Assembly (NCBI GenBank): GCA_963693365.1 | Contig: CAVNZM010000001.1 | Coordinates: 9,688,907 to 9,752,906, forward strand | Origin: Amoebidium appalachense | Lineage: Eukaryota > Protista > Ichthyosporea | DNA length: 64,000 nucleotides | Direction of reading: 5' to 3' | Shown here: positions 24,671-36,138 of the stretch, piece by piece | How the letters are laid out: each line of letters opens with the position of its first letter | Numbering within the stretch: the stretch's first letter is position 1 | Translations under genes and position numbers: made by a program | The notes under the pieces: model-generated | The model's input: the letters and a program-made list of their open reading frames with translations, nothing else | What the model was told of the DNA's origin: nothing | The model's database searches: none

Positions 24671-25692
24671 GTACGCACGGCTCCATGTTTTTATAGTAAT
24701 AAAAATAAAGCTCGAGGCCCGCGGCCTCGACGCCGGACAACTGGATATTGTCCCGCATCAACCCCTTGATATCCGCCGCATTTAATTGGATGACAGACAA
24801 CCCATATATAGCTATTTTTATGTCGATTCTACTGCAGAGAATTGGCCAATGGTTTTTTATCATATTGGCTAGCCTTTTTTGGAAACGCCGCTAACCAATC
24901 CGATCGGGCCCAAAACAAACCAGATTTGATCGTACGGCCCCAGATTTTGGCGCACTATGACCAGATGTCTGATGATACGATCAAATCTGTAGGGCGCTGG
25001 CAGTATGCCGGCGACAGCGTACGATCACATCTGGATATGTCAGATTTAACCAGCGCGCTTCGTCGCTTCCGTAATATTTCAGATTTCATCTTTTGAAAAT
25101 CACCTGGGAACTCATGCCCTTGAAAAATAGAGCTACCCATCGAGATGACATCACACGCAAGATCGAGCTGTTAAATTAATAGAATCGCGGTGATTGGCTC
25201 ATTTTCCCGATACGTATTAAAACTCTAATCGATATGAAAAGAAATAATCCCAAATATCGCGTCTTGCAATTTTTCTTAAGCACAAATGCGATTGGTTACA
25301 TATAGCTAATATGCATGATATGTCAGCCCTGTCTTGAATAAGGGTTTCACCATGAAACGAATACAGAGAGATTGGTCATGGTTTAGGGAGTGCAGCCTGC
25401 ATTCTGTCGACATGCCGCTGCACAAGCCTCGCCCGAGCTGTCGCGCAGGAAAATCATAAATGGTTCTGGCCTTGGAGCAAGGAAACTACAGTAGTGGATG
25501 CATATATCAGTTATATATATGCATATTATAAGTGTACATAAATGAAGATCTGTACATATGTTTCTATTATATATATTCCTTATTGTAGCACATGTAGCAC
25601 ATGCACTGGTGATCCGGAACCCGCCAGAATTGATGTGTGACCCCCGAGACCCAAAAAAGGGGCTTTTGATTATTTATTTTGAGTGAGAAACA

Positions 25693-26544
25693 TGAAAGAT
25701 TTCAAACAACAGCTGATCTCAAAGTTTTATTGTGCTCTCGGTTCTTTTTGTACTTGCAATGCAACTTATCATCTTATCTCAACTAAAGGGGGAGAACCAA
25801 TCGGTTCTATCAGATGATAGAAAAACACATTCCGACAGACTCCTCGGAGCATACGCATTCCAACTTCCGACCTAACTAAAGCTTAGAAACTGTTACTTAA
25901 GTAATTATACATCTTGTCAATATTAATACACATATATTTATACTCGTCTCTATAAAGAAACTCATTTAAATACATATATTTCCTTTAGTAATATAGTCAG
26001 CACTCTCAAAGTGAAGACATTACGATAAACCGAATTCCATACATCTCTATTGTGTCCAATCATAACACATATATTAATAGACAGGAATGCACAACACGAT
26101 CTATATAGGATGTACTCACTCGCGACTATTGGTGAGTCATCTTATTGTGAACTAAAACTAAGCCACTTTGAACTAAAACAAAGACAACGAATGTAGCTAG
26201 CCAATCACGCTACCTCTTAGCTAAACAGAGGAGGGCAAACACAAATAAAATACAATTTTATAAGTTCCATCAGGCAAGAGAGTCAGGTGTGCACAGATCT
26301 ACAGATATCTGTGCACACAGAAACAAGGGAGAGACTCTGAGAGAGATGCGGGGGGGGGGGGGGGGGGGAGGGGGGGGGGAGGGGGGGGGAGAAAGAAAAG
26401 AGAAAAGGGAGAGAGGGGGGAGAGCACAAAGAAGGAAAGCAGACACGAATAGAAACAAAGCTAAGACACATACATACTCCAAGACTCTTGCTGTCCTACG
26501 TAGTGACGTATTCCAACATCCCCACGTAGTGACGTATTCCAACA
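25693..26544 (-). mobile_element. 3' LTR of the Copia element
   Basis: On the minus strand the PPT GAGTGGGGA is immediately followed by TGTTGG (26544). There is a TATATAG near 26105, an AATAAA near 25730 and a plausible TTTCA end at 25693 (end uncertain). Parts recur at 32162-32432 and 36139-36443. The PPT/LTR junction has a 26-bp tandem duplication (26498-26549). Confidence 0.65.
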
Positions 26545-27274
26545 TCCCCACTCAAGGGGTTGAAGTTTGTGTTCTCGTGTCTGTTGATGTGACGGTAGAT
26601 GAGGTCCTAACACATGGGGCCGTCACACACAAGTCTCCCCACTCGAGGATGCAAACCGAAGATCCTTGAGGTGGGAAGAAAACCAAAATGGAAGAGGCAC
26701 ACAACGACGGCTGCCTCGGAAGACTCGGTACATGAATGAAGTCATGGTGGCTACTAGTAACGTCGACTATATATATATATAAAGGAATCACTAGTGTAGG
26801 TGTGACGTGTTGGTGGCTAATGTTTTATACTGGGGACCACCCAGATAAACACAAGGCATAAACATCTTGTGGACTGATTTATAGACTGGTAGTCAACCAG
26901 TTAAGACACGGGGAAGGTGCATCCCGTGGACTAGGTTTAGACTGACAGTTATCCAGCTCGCCATGGCTATAGATGATTATTTATACTGGGACGCCATCCC
27001 AGTTCGACAATACAAAAGTCGAATATAGGAGAAAACCAATCAGTGGTGGGATATGAATATAAATAAACGACGGATGGTGGAGAATAATCCCCACTGAAGA
27101 TGCACACACTTGACAATGGAAGACAGAGTCCCCACAGTGACTGATGAAGACAAACAATGTCATGGAGTAGTAGACTTTCGTTGGGAGGCATCTTGATCAC
27201 CGTAGGTGTGTCAAATGCTGTCCAGGGCCCCAACCTACTCAAAAACCACTCTATGATGAACACCAGTGCACGGT

Positions 27275-28890
27275 TCAGTCACGGAGACTGAGGTTGGCAC
27301 GGTGTGTCTCGTGGGCCGGACCAGCCAGAGGCTTGGTGAAGATGTCGGCCAGGTTCTTCTTGGTGTCGATGTAGGTGACAGTGACGTCGACGTCTCCATT
27401 GTTGATGTAGTCCTTGGTCTTGAAGTAACGAACGGCAATGTGCTTGGTCCGGTGCTTGATGGTGTTGGAGTGGACCAGAGCAATGGTGGACTGATTGTCA
27501 CAGTACACCGGGGTGGGCTCGGTCATGGGGTAGCCCAGTTCCTTGAGTAGATCACGGTGCCAGGCAACATCTTGCACGGCAGCATTGAGGGCCAGGAGCT
27601 CGGCCTCACAGGTGGAAGTTGCAGTGATCGACTGCAGCTTGGAGTGGTAGGTACCGGTGACGGGGGTGCCTTCGAGGAGGATGACGTACCCTGCAGACGT
27701 GGAACGACGGACCCGGTGGTGGGGCAGCCAGCAAAGTCAGAATCCGAGTAGCACTCAAGGATGCGCACCACAGTGTGGGGGGCCTTCTTCTGGTAGTAGA
27801 GGCCGAGGTTGATGGTGCCGATCAGGTAACGAACGACACGGAGGAGAAGCTCCCAGGCAGTCTTGGTGGGCTTGGAGCTGAATCGGCCGAGGTAGCCAAT
27901 GGCATACGAGATGTCAGGCCGGTAGCACCGAGTAACCCACAGCAGACGGCCGAGGAGTTCACGCTAGGGGATGGTGGTGGGCAGGGAGGAGAGGGAGGCC
28001 TCGTTGATGATGACGGTGCCCACGGGAATGGGGGTGGCCTTGGCCTTGGCATCGGCCAAGTTGAAGTCGGTGATGATGTCCTTGATGTAGGAGGACTACA
28101 GCAGCTTGAGGGAGTCATTGGTGTACAGCAGCTGGGTGCCGAGGAAGATGTCTGGCAGACCGACCTTGCACTCGGCAGACTTCATGATCATGTGGACAAC
28201 AAGCTCCTTCATGAGGGTGGAGTACCGTGTGCAGGTGATGATGGCATCATCAACGTAGTTGCCCGATCATCGGATGATTTCCCTGTTGAGGAACTGACGG
28301 AAGTAGACACACGGATCGGAACGGATACGGGTGAGGCCGTGGGCAACAAGGATGGAGTTGAAAAACTCGTACCATGCCAGGGAGGCCTGCTGCCTTGAGT
28401 CCGTATAGGGCCAAGTTCTTGAGTTTCCAGACTTTGTGTTCGTTGCCGGGGAGGATGAAACCAGGAGGCTGCTCCATGACATTGTACAAAGTCTCGTCGA
28501 GGGGGCTGTTGAGGAAGGCCGTGCTGATGTCGAGTTGATGGATCCTGTGATCCTGCTGCGCACACCGAGGGCAAGCAGGGCACGGACGGAGGAAGACATG
28601 ACGACGGGGGAGGAGTTGTCACCGTCACGGTAGTCAACACCGTAGACTTGGGTGAAACCCTTGGCCACAGCACGAACCTTGATCTTGGTGTCACCAGCAG
28701 AGTTGAGTAACTTCTCCGTGACAATCCACTGTGAATCTGATGATGTTGGCATCGGAGGGGGGCTCAACTACGTCAAAGATGTCCTTGTCGATGAAGGCCT
28801 TGTACTCGGCAGTGAGGGCAGTAACCACGTCATCACCCTTGGGGCCGGAGCACAGCTTCTGAATCGACCGGGGCAGCTGAGACACATCAA
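27275..28890 (-). pseudogene. Decayed Ty1/Copia pol: reverse transcriptase and RNase H
   Basis: Frameshifted motifs KVRAVAKGFTQVYGVDY, QLDISTAFLN, MEQPPGF, LYGLK, SDPCVY, YVDD, RPDISYAIG, YSDSDFAG, STCEAE, YCDNQSTI, HRTKHIAVRY, NLADIFTKPL. Confidence 0.95.
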
Positions 28891-28939
28891 GGCTGGGATG
28901 GGAGCAGTGCTCACCATAGCCGTGGCAGGCCGGGAGGAG

Positions 28940-29418
28940 TGTAAAATTATATAAGTATTTGGGACAGAAGCAGAGACACAGTGGTGCAGTGTGAAGACAC
29001 CACAGACACACAACAACAAACACGGAACGATCGGAGCAGTGTACTAACAGACATCAATGTTTAGACACGACTAAACTCAATTTATTTCGATCTCGCATAT
29101 TCTAGTATACTTGAAATTCCCTTAAGTCAAATCCATACATGATTTCCGACCAGTCGGAAATCAGATCTATGTCTAAAATAACCAATCACAATTAACTGAT
29201 TATTTCCCGGATAGATCCGGAGACACAGGAACGCACACCATAGGTCACAGCTATAAGAAAGTATTGAAGTGAAAAGTAACGAGGAAAGAGGTGATGTTTC
29301 TAACTCTATCACCGGCTACGAAGACTCAGACATTTTCTGACTAAAGTCTACTGATTGGATACAGTACGGCAACACACAAAACTAAAGTGGTTGGCTAAGC
29401 TATGAATCATACACTACA
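28940..29418. mobile_element. Solo-LTR-like segment joining the Copia and DIRS remnants
   Basis: 479-bp AT-richer non-coding block bounded by TGTA...TACA. Copia coding sequence stops at its left edge and DIRS RT starts mid-domain at its right edge. Flanks AGGAG and ACAGA do not form a TSD. Confidence 0.55.
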
Positions 29419-30743
29419 ACAGATGGTGGCCAATGGCGAGCTGGAGGAGATTTCTGTCAGCGAATCATATTGCGTTCATCCTTGTTTCACGGTCGCCAAA
29501 TCCGATGGATCCCGGCGACCAATCAGACCGAATCTGCATACCTCCCCCTGCACACTAAGTTCGACAACCTCCACGACCTGGCAGTGTTGGCGCGGCGGGG
29601 GGATCTCGGCTTCAGCTTCGACCTGAAATCGGGTTACCACGCTCTCTCCCTCCACCCGGCCATCCGCAAGTACTTCCAGTGCCGAGTCCAGGGCCGCCTG
29701 TTTCAGTACTGCAGTGCGTCCTCCCCTTCGGTTGGTCGCAGAGCCCCTGGTTCTTCACCCAGCTCATGCGTTGCTTCGGACGTACTCTGCGCCGGCTTGG
29801 GGTACGGGCGTGTATTTATTTGGACGATTTTTTCATTGTCGATCGACCCCCCCGGATTTGTGGGGTTCGGGACCGGGTGGCCCAGCTGTTGACGGCCCAC
29901 GGTCTGCAGCGCCAGCCCACCAAGGGTCACTGGGAACCGACCCACATCCTCGACCATTTGGGGGTCACCGTCGATCTGCTTCATGGGCAGTTACGCCCAT
30001 CCTCGGCCTCTCTTGCCAAGATTCGGGAGGCCACAGCCCTGGTGATGGGTCATGCCCGTGTCTCTCGCCGCTTTGTGTCTGCCAAGCTCCTGTCCCCATG
30101 TACGCCGTGCGCCACAAAGCCAGCCCGCGCCCCTCCATGCAGTCCCAGCTGTACCGTCTCCTCCAGCTCTGTGGTCGCCTGTCGATTCCGTGGCCTCAGG
30201 AGGTCGAGTATCTCCCGGGCCTGGTCAACACAGTAGCCGACTCCCTCTCCCGGGGCCGGCTCGACCCGCGTCACGAGTGGTGCGTGCTGCCTTCGGCCCT
30301 GACCCGGCTCGCGGCCCTATGGGCCATCCGCCCGACCCTCGACCCGTTTGCCAGCCAGCACCACCACCTGGCACCCAGTTTTCACGTGTGGAGCACGCGT
30401 TTCGCTCGCCTCCCCCCCCACGGTCACGGTGACCGACGGCCTGCTACTCCCCGTGGGACAGCCTTGCTGGTGGACCCCCCCGTTCCCCCTCATCCGTCGT
30501 GTCCTGACTCGCATCCAGTCCACCCAGGCCACTGGGATCTTGGTTGTCCCCCTCTGGCCGTCGTGCCATCTGGTGGCCGGTGCTGGTGACCCTGGCTCAG
30601 GCCGCGACCCCGCTCCACCCGCACGAGATCTACTGGCCCCCGACAGCCTGAGCCCGCTCCTGGGAGATGTGGGCCTTCTTGATCACAGCCGATTCGCACA
30701 CTGGATCGCCGCGACCGCCGCTCATGCTCCCCCTGCCCTCTAG
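29419..30743 (+). pseudogene. DIRS RT / partial RNase H / DNA N6-adenine methyltransferase-like domain, frameshifted
   Basis: FTVAKSDGSRRPI, SFDLKSGYHAL, VLPFGWSQSPWFF, IYLDDF, HLGVTVD. RNase H end EYLPGLVNTVADSLSR (the N-terminal RH half is deleted near 30095). MT-like PTLDPFAS...WTPPFPLIRRVL...ILVVPLWPS. Confidence 0.9.
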
Positions 30744-30758
30744 TCCGCGGTCATCCAG

Positions 30759-31655
30759 TTGGCTACCGGCTCCTTGAGTGGCCCGACGTGGACCAACTAC
30801 CAGCGTGAGGTGGACCTCTACCTTCAGTTCACTTCCGCCTACGGCCTTGCCCCCTGGCCCATGGATACCCCGCGTGCCTTTGCGTTTGCTGCCCACATCG
30901 CCTCCACCGGTGCCGTCAAGCCTGAGTCCCTGGATTCCTTTTTTGCGGCACTGCGTAAGATCCACGTTTTATGGGGTTTTCCCTGCCCCGATCCCGAACT
31001 GATCGCCGCCGTCAAGAAGGGCTACGCCAAGCTTTATTACGCCCATCACCCGGAAATCCTGGAACCCGCCGCTCTCCCGTCCCCCGTGCTCCGTCAGATC
31101 TTTGATCTCGTTCAAGTTGTTCCCGATCCAGATGCCGGCCGGTGGCAGTTCCTTGTCGTCGTCTCGTTTCTCTTCGGCCTGCGTGTCTCCACCGCCGTTG
31201 CCTTGACCCCTTCATGTTTTGAATGGGGCAGTGATGGTTCCTTGTCCATCAAGTTGCCCTTCCGCAAGCACGGCGCTGCCAAGCCCAAGCGGGTAAATGG
31301 TCCCCGCCTCCTTCACGTCGACCTCCGCCTCTGGATTACCGAGCGCCTGCGTCAATACCAAGATCTTCAGATCCATCGCATTAGCCCCTCTGCTTCGTTT
31401 CAGGCGGCCAATCGGGCCCTCCGTGACCTGCTGCAGCTTTCCTCCCTGCCTCCGGCGCTCGTTACTGCGATCCACTGGCATTCCCTGCGACACGCCATGG
31501 TGGACGCCTGTGGTGCGATTGGTGTGCCCGAAGGCTCCATCCGTCGTCTCGGCCACTGGGATTCCTCCGAGTTCCGTAACTACGGTCAGCCCCGGGCGGA
31601 ACAGTCCGCCGATCGATTATTCTTTGGTGATCTGGCCCCGGTCCCTAGGTCCTAG
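30759..31655 (+). CDS. Tyrosine recombinase of the DIRS element
   Basis: Open 298-aa frame with an N-terminal SAM-like helix bundle (TWTNYQREV..Y..F) and catalytic R (FGLRVS), K (FRKH), HSLR, GHW and Y (FRNY). The start codon is unclear (TTG). Confidence 0.92.
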   Translation: MATGSLSGPTWTNYQREVDLYLQFTSAYGLAPWPMDTPRAFAFAAHIASTGAVKPESLDSFFAALRKIHVLWGFPCPDPELIAAVKKGYAKLYYAHHPEILEPAALPSPVLRQIFDLVQVVPDPDAGRWQFLVVVSFLFGLRVSTAVALTPSCFEWGSDGSLSIKLPFRKHGAAKPKRVNGPRLLHVDLRLWITERLRQYQDLQIHRISPSASFQAANRALRDLLQLSSLPPALVTAIHWHSLRHAMVDACGAIGVPEGSIRRLGHWDSSEFRNYGQPRAEQSADRLFFGDLAPVPRS

Positions 31656-32161
31656 GTTTTCGTTCGCCCTTTTGTTTGGTCGCAGTAGCAATTGGATTCT
31701 CAGAAGCCAATCATCAATAGTGAAACTATTTCGATTGGTTCTTCGAATCATTGACCTGATTGGGTGTAATACACTAATTATCTTTCAAGAATATTTGCTG
31801 TGTATTCCACCAATTATGGTCTGGCGCTGAATCTTGGCTGCAGGCTATATAAGCTGCAGCCGAGAGAAGCCTTGATCAGTCTTCCCTCACTCAGCGCGTC
31901 TTCCCTCACTCAGCGCCACTTGTACCCAACCCATCCCGCCCGCGTCTTCCTTTGCTCTCACTCAGTTTTTGTCTGCTTGCACACACGATTCAAGTTGATA
32001 GTTAGATTTGGGGGGGTACTAGCCGTGTGGTCGCAGGCTTTCACTTTTACCGATCTCTTTGTGATTGACTGGTAACTGGTTTGCCGATCCCAGCCGATCC
32101 CAGCCGATCTCAGCTGTTTGAGCTCAAATAAAGTTGAAAGCAATCGGATTCTCAGAAGCCA

Positions 32162-32432
32162 ATCTCAACTAAAGGGGGAGAACCAATCGGTTCTATCAGA
32201 TGATAGAAAAACACATTCCGACAGAGCAAACGCATTCCAACTTCCGACCTAACTAAAGCTTAGAAACTCTCACTTAAAAATAACTTAATTAATTAATAAT
32301 ACATCTTGTCACTATTAATACACATATATATTTATACTCGTGTTTCTAAAGAAACTCATTTAAATACATATATTTCCTAATAGTCGACACTCTCAAAGTG
32401 AAGACACATTACGATAAACCGAATTCCATACA
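32162..32432 (-). repeat. Fragment of a second Copia LTR copy (matches 25776-26043)
   Basis: Direct repeat starting atctcaactaaagggggagaaccaatcggttctatcagatgatag and ending gataaaccgaattccatac. Confidence 0.9.
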
Positions 32433-33310
32433 CACTATAAAACCAGCAGTTAGACGATTGGTACCGTGTAGTGGCGACTATTTTCTATTATAGTCGAGGT
32501 GCGCGAAATCCGCCCGACCGATTGCAGATGAGCCACGACTTTTTTGAGGAATTTAATAATTTTGTGTGCTGCTTGCTCACGCGACTGGTCATGGCAAATA
32601 GGCGCCGTACGGTCGGCGCCGAATTTGTAATAAAACGGTGTTCGTGAGCGTATTGGGCGAGGTATTTTCCGCCGTATCAATCCGCATCCCTGGAACCAAT
32701 GAGCGGGAAATCCGATGCCGTGAATCTCTTAGTGGTGCTCTCCCATTGGCGCTAGGCGCATCATTACATTCCATACAGATGAATGTTCGCGTTTGAAACT
32801 TTGGCACACATTGTTCGTGTCCGTGCACTTGCAAAGTGTGACGGAATAGAGTCACGTACTACTAGAGTTTTCTCGATGGCCTTGCACGCGTGTCAGGTTC
32901 TCTACCTCCGAGTCTCTTCAGGGAATAGTCTTGTGGGTTTTGGTTTTATCACAATGATAACTTTTATATTTCTCTTTTATTTGTTTCTCTCTGTGAGTGT
33001 TAATGGAACAATGTCAGCCCTCAGCTTGTTGTGTCTATTTTCATGTTGTTTGCTTGTCATTCGGATGGACAATATAACGGTGAATCGTGACAGGCTGCAT
33101 GGAGCGGACTGTTTATAGAATCCACGCTCCCAGGTGGGTGCTTACTTGTAGCCTTTGTGAGTGCTGGGCTTTCTTCGCCATGCCCCTCATTCTCGCCTTC
33201 CCTGCCCTGCCACCCACACACACACGTACACACTTCATGCTTTCACACACACCCTAAACTTGGTGAAAGCTTATGTCACAACACTCACGCGTGCGCGTGC
33301 ACACACAAAT

Positions 33311-33407
<97 letters not shown>

Positions 33408-33488
33408 CGCGCGCGCGCGCGCGCAGGTGTGCCTGCGCACGCACGCACACACACACGCACGCACGCAAGCACGCACACACGCACACAT

Positions 33489-33602
<114 letters not shown>

Positions 33603-33730
33603 CCGGCCCGCACATGCGCGCGCACACACAGAAACATAAATACATACACCTGTTGCCATGCATCCACCCTCCCCTTTTTTGCACATTCAAACCCTCCCTC
33701 GTCGGATAATTTACATACATAAACCACGGG

Positions 33731-34989
33731 TGTGATAGAAGTTTCTTTAAAACAGGAACACAGTTTTCTTAGAACATTTCACCTTTTTCTTTAACGACTG
33801 CATCATTTTGTTGCCTTGGTTAACATCAGCGTGTTCCGTTTTGCTTTTAGCCTTTATAGCCTGAGAAGAACTTCGAAAAGCCCGCGACCCCGCGAGACAC
33901 TTCACAGACACGCGGCCCACTGGCCAGACAAATACCACAGTGAAATTCAGCCAATCACAACACTCCCTCCCCCACAGTGTAATGAGGACCGGCGACTGCC
34001 GGGCCGATCTGGCCCGAACCGGATCACTGACAGGATGACCCGGTAGTGAGGGCGCGTGAGCCTGGGCTCACGCTCATCAGAATGATATCCGACGGCGCCT
34101 GAATAAAGACGTCATTCCCCTGTGTAGGGAACAACGGTCAGATCCTGTAGTACAAGTCTCGTCCTTCTTTACATGGTAGCAGAATACAGTGCCGTTAAGA
34201 ACTACACACGCTCCTGGCTAGGATATACGCATACATACACCCAGACTTTTTAGTCCAACACGCTTCCCATCACCTCTGCTACCAACCACCACACAACTTT
34301 TCCAGTTTTTCGCCGCTTTTCGCGCGTTTACCACTTTACGTTGTGTGTGGGTTTCTACCTGCAGATACAGTTTTTTTTGTCGAACCGTCTCCCCCTTAGC
34401 ATGGCTGACAACGGTGACTCGCCTGGATGGTCACGTCACAGGAGGTAAGGTGAATGCTACTACCACACACGATGCACGGTTTGGGGCTCAGCTCCCATTC
34501 CTGCAACAGCTTGCCGCTAATATCTCAGGCACAGCTGCAGAAGACACTCGTATCGTATCCCTAAGAGTGCCCCACACATGCTCGATACCCTTGGGCCGGG
34601 CATGTGGGTTGGTGGTCGGTTTATCTCTACCGACGACTTACGGTGGCGGCTGCCCAGTATGGCTGGCAGCCTGTGTGGCTTCTCGTTTTCAGCGCATGCC
34701 TTATGACACGCGCCAGGCTATTGCCAAAGTGCTGGGCAAGAACCCGGCACTGCTGACCATTGCTAACCAGCAAGCTGCCGGCGGTCACAAGGCCGCGGGT
34801 AAGGGAGGCCGTGGGGGCAACCCCCGCGGCCGTGGTGGCGGCCGGCGTGGCGGAGCCGGGAAGCCGGGCGGACAACCAGTCGCTCACGCTCATCAGAATG
34901 ATATCCGACGGCGCCTGAATAAAGACGTCATTCCCCTGTGTAGGGAACAACGGTCAGATACTGTAGTACAAGTCTTGTCCTTCTTTACA
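33731..34989 (+). mobile_element. Internally deleted LTR retrotransposon (5' LTR, PBS, gag-like remnant, partial 3' LTR)
   Basis: LTR 33731-34173 (TGTGATAGAAG...CTTCTTTACA, AATAAA at ~34102). PBS TGGTAGCAGA at 34174-34183. Gly/Arg-rich gag-like stretch. The last ~108 bp of the LTR are repeated at 34882-34989. 5-bp TSD ACGGG/ACAGG, one CpG-type mismatch. Confidence 0.88.
34174..34183 (+). promoter_or_regulatory. Primer-binding site, tRNA-iMet (animal/holozoan type)
   Basis: TGGTAGCAGA directly after the LTR-terminal CA, complementary to the ...TCTGCTACCA 3' end of animal initiator tRNA-Met. Confidence 0.85.
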
Positions 34990-35345
34990 ACAGGCTACAC
35001 GCACTCCACACCATTGGCTACCGCCACCTCAGACACCCCTACAGCACTACAACACGTACACACCTTTACTCACAATACATATAAGCATACACACACGCGA
35101 GCAGGCAACATGGGTATCGCCAAGCACACAGCAAGAAGCAATACAACATTTAACATGGAGAGTACGCAGAGGCATGGGGCATGCACGTGCGCACCAAACA
35201 ATCAGCCGCCGCTGCATCAGATTCTCCCCATACCACTGAATAATCTCCTCATACTCCACTTAGACCCCGGCATCACTATGCAAGAGAACCCCCGAAATTC
35301 ACTCACCAAAACACAAAATATAGAAGCAAACTAATACGAATCAGC

Positions 35346-35758
35346 TCAGCACATGACATCGACGATTCGGTCGGCTTCTTTGACACTGCTTGCACTCATC
35401 GTCTTTTTGCGGCCGTTCAGTTCAAACGAAAAATTCGTCTTCGCTCCATAATCAAACATTGACTTCTGCCCAGGCTTGCTGGCAGCCGTCTTTAGCTGCT
35501 CCGCAGGTGTGGCAACTCTGCGTTTCTTTAAATCACCTATCTGTGAACGAGGTCTGCTTTTGCCTTTTCAGCTTGTGCAATTGCCTTGGTGGTTGCGTTA
35601 CTAATGTTATTGCTTGCTTCTACAAGACCCTCGGCAATGATCACTTGGGCCGCTTGCGCGCATTCCTGAAACTTGTCTGTAGCAGCATTTACTTTGTCTA
35701 GTGCACTATTTAGAGACCCAAGTGCAGCTGCCTGCACTTGAACTACTGGCTTGGTCAT
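35346..35758 (-). pseudogene. Small Ala-rich coiled-coil-like ORF with one frameshift, product unknown
   Basis: MTKPVVQVQAAALG...KAKADLV continues after a shift near 35545 as QIGDLKKRRVATPAEQLK...EADRIVDVMC*. Confidence 0.4.
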
Positions 35759-36138
35759 GATCGTTGCAATTGGTAAACATTAAACAACTACTTTCCACCT
35801 GCCTATATGTATAGCTACGATACCGTTGAAGTAGTGTAGGTATATGAGTCGGACGTTGGTACCTCGACGTCATGTGCCAAATGCGAGCAGCGTTGGTGAT
35901 TGGCTCTTCTTTGCATTTGGCGCGCGCGGGGCCAGCCGCTTTAACACCAAAACCAAATCCGAAATACTAAATATAAGGGTCCTGATTGCCTTATGAACTA
36001 TTATGCTATATGTATGGGACCCCTTGTTGCGCTAACATAATCCCGGAAAATGACCGAGGTCATTATGTTAAGATTTTTCGAAATCGGCGTCGACATTATG
36101 TTGTTGGCGGATTATGTTATGCGCGGACGGACACTGTA

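Larger units (their letters stand above)
20182..25137. mobile_element. Putative non-autonomous DNA transposon with bipartite imperfect TIRs
   Basis: GGTAGCTCTTATTTTTCAAGG (20182-20202) versus CCTTGAAAAATAGAGCTACC (25118-25137), and CCCAGGTGATTTTGAAAAG (20245-20263) versus CTTTTGAAAATCACCTGGG (25090-25108). Subterminal AAATCTG/CAGATTT motifs are clustered at 24920-25087 and also occur at 20308. No TSD or transposase found. Confidence 0.6.
29419..32164 (+). mobile_element. 5'-truncated tyrosine-recombinase retrotransposon (DIRS order, PAT-like split direct repeats)
   Basis: RT-RNaseH-methyltransferase-like frame followed by a YR ORF. The 3' end has a 26-bp direct repeat (31687-31712 and 32139-32164) bracketing a segment with TATATAA (31846) and AATAAA (32127), i.e. 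B1-A2-B2. Confidence 0.9.

Noticed and set aside
32141-32161. TGGCTTCTGAGAATCC (minus strand) as the Copia PBS
   Set aside because: It is the second copy of the DIRS 26-bp B repeat, and its spacing does not fit a tRNA 3' end.
34052-34082. Hammerhead ribozyme (minus-strand CTGATGA plus a perfect 8-bp hairpin) in the LTR
   Set aside because: The required GAAA after stem II is GCCC, and the motif is antisense to the element. Only a hairpin is supported.
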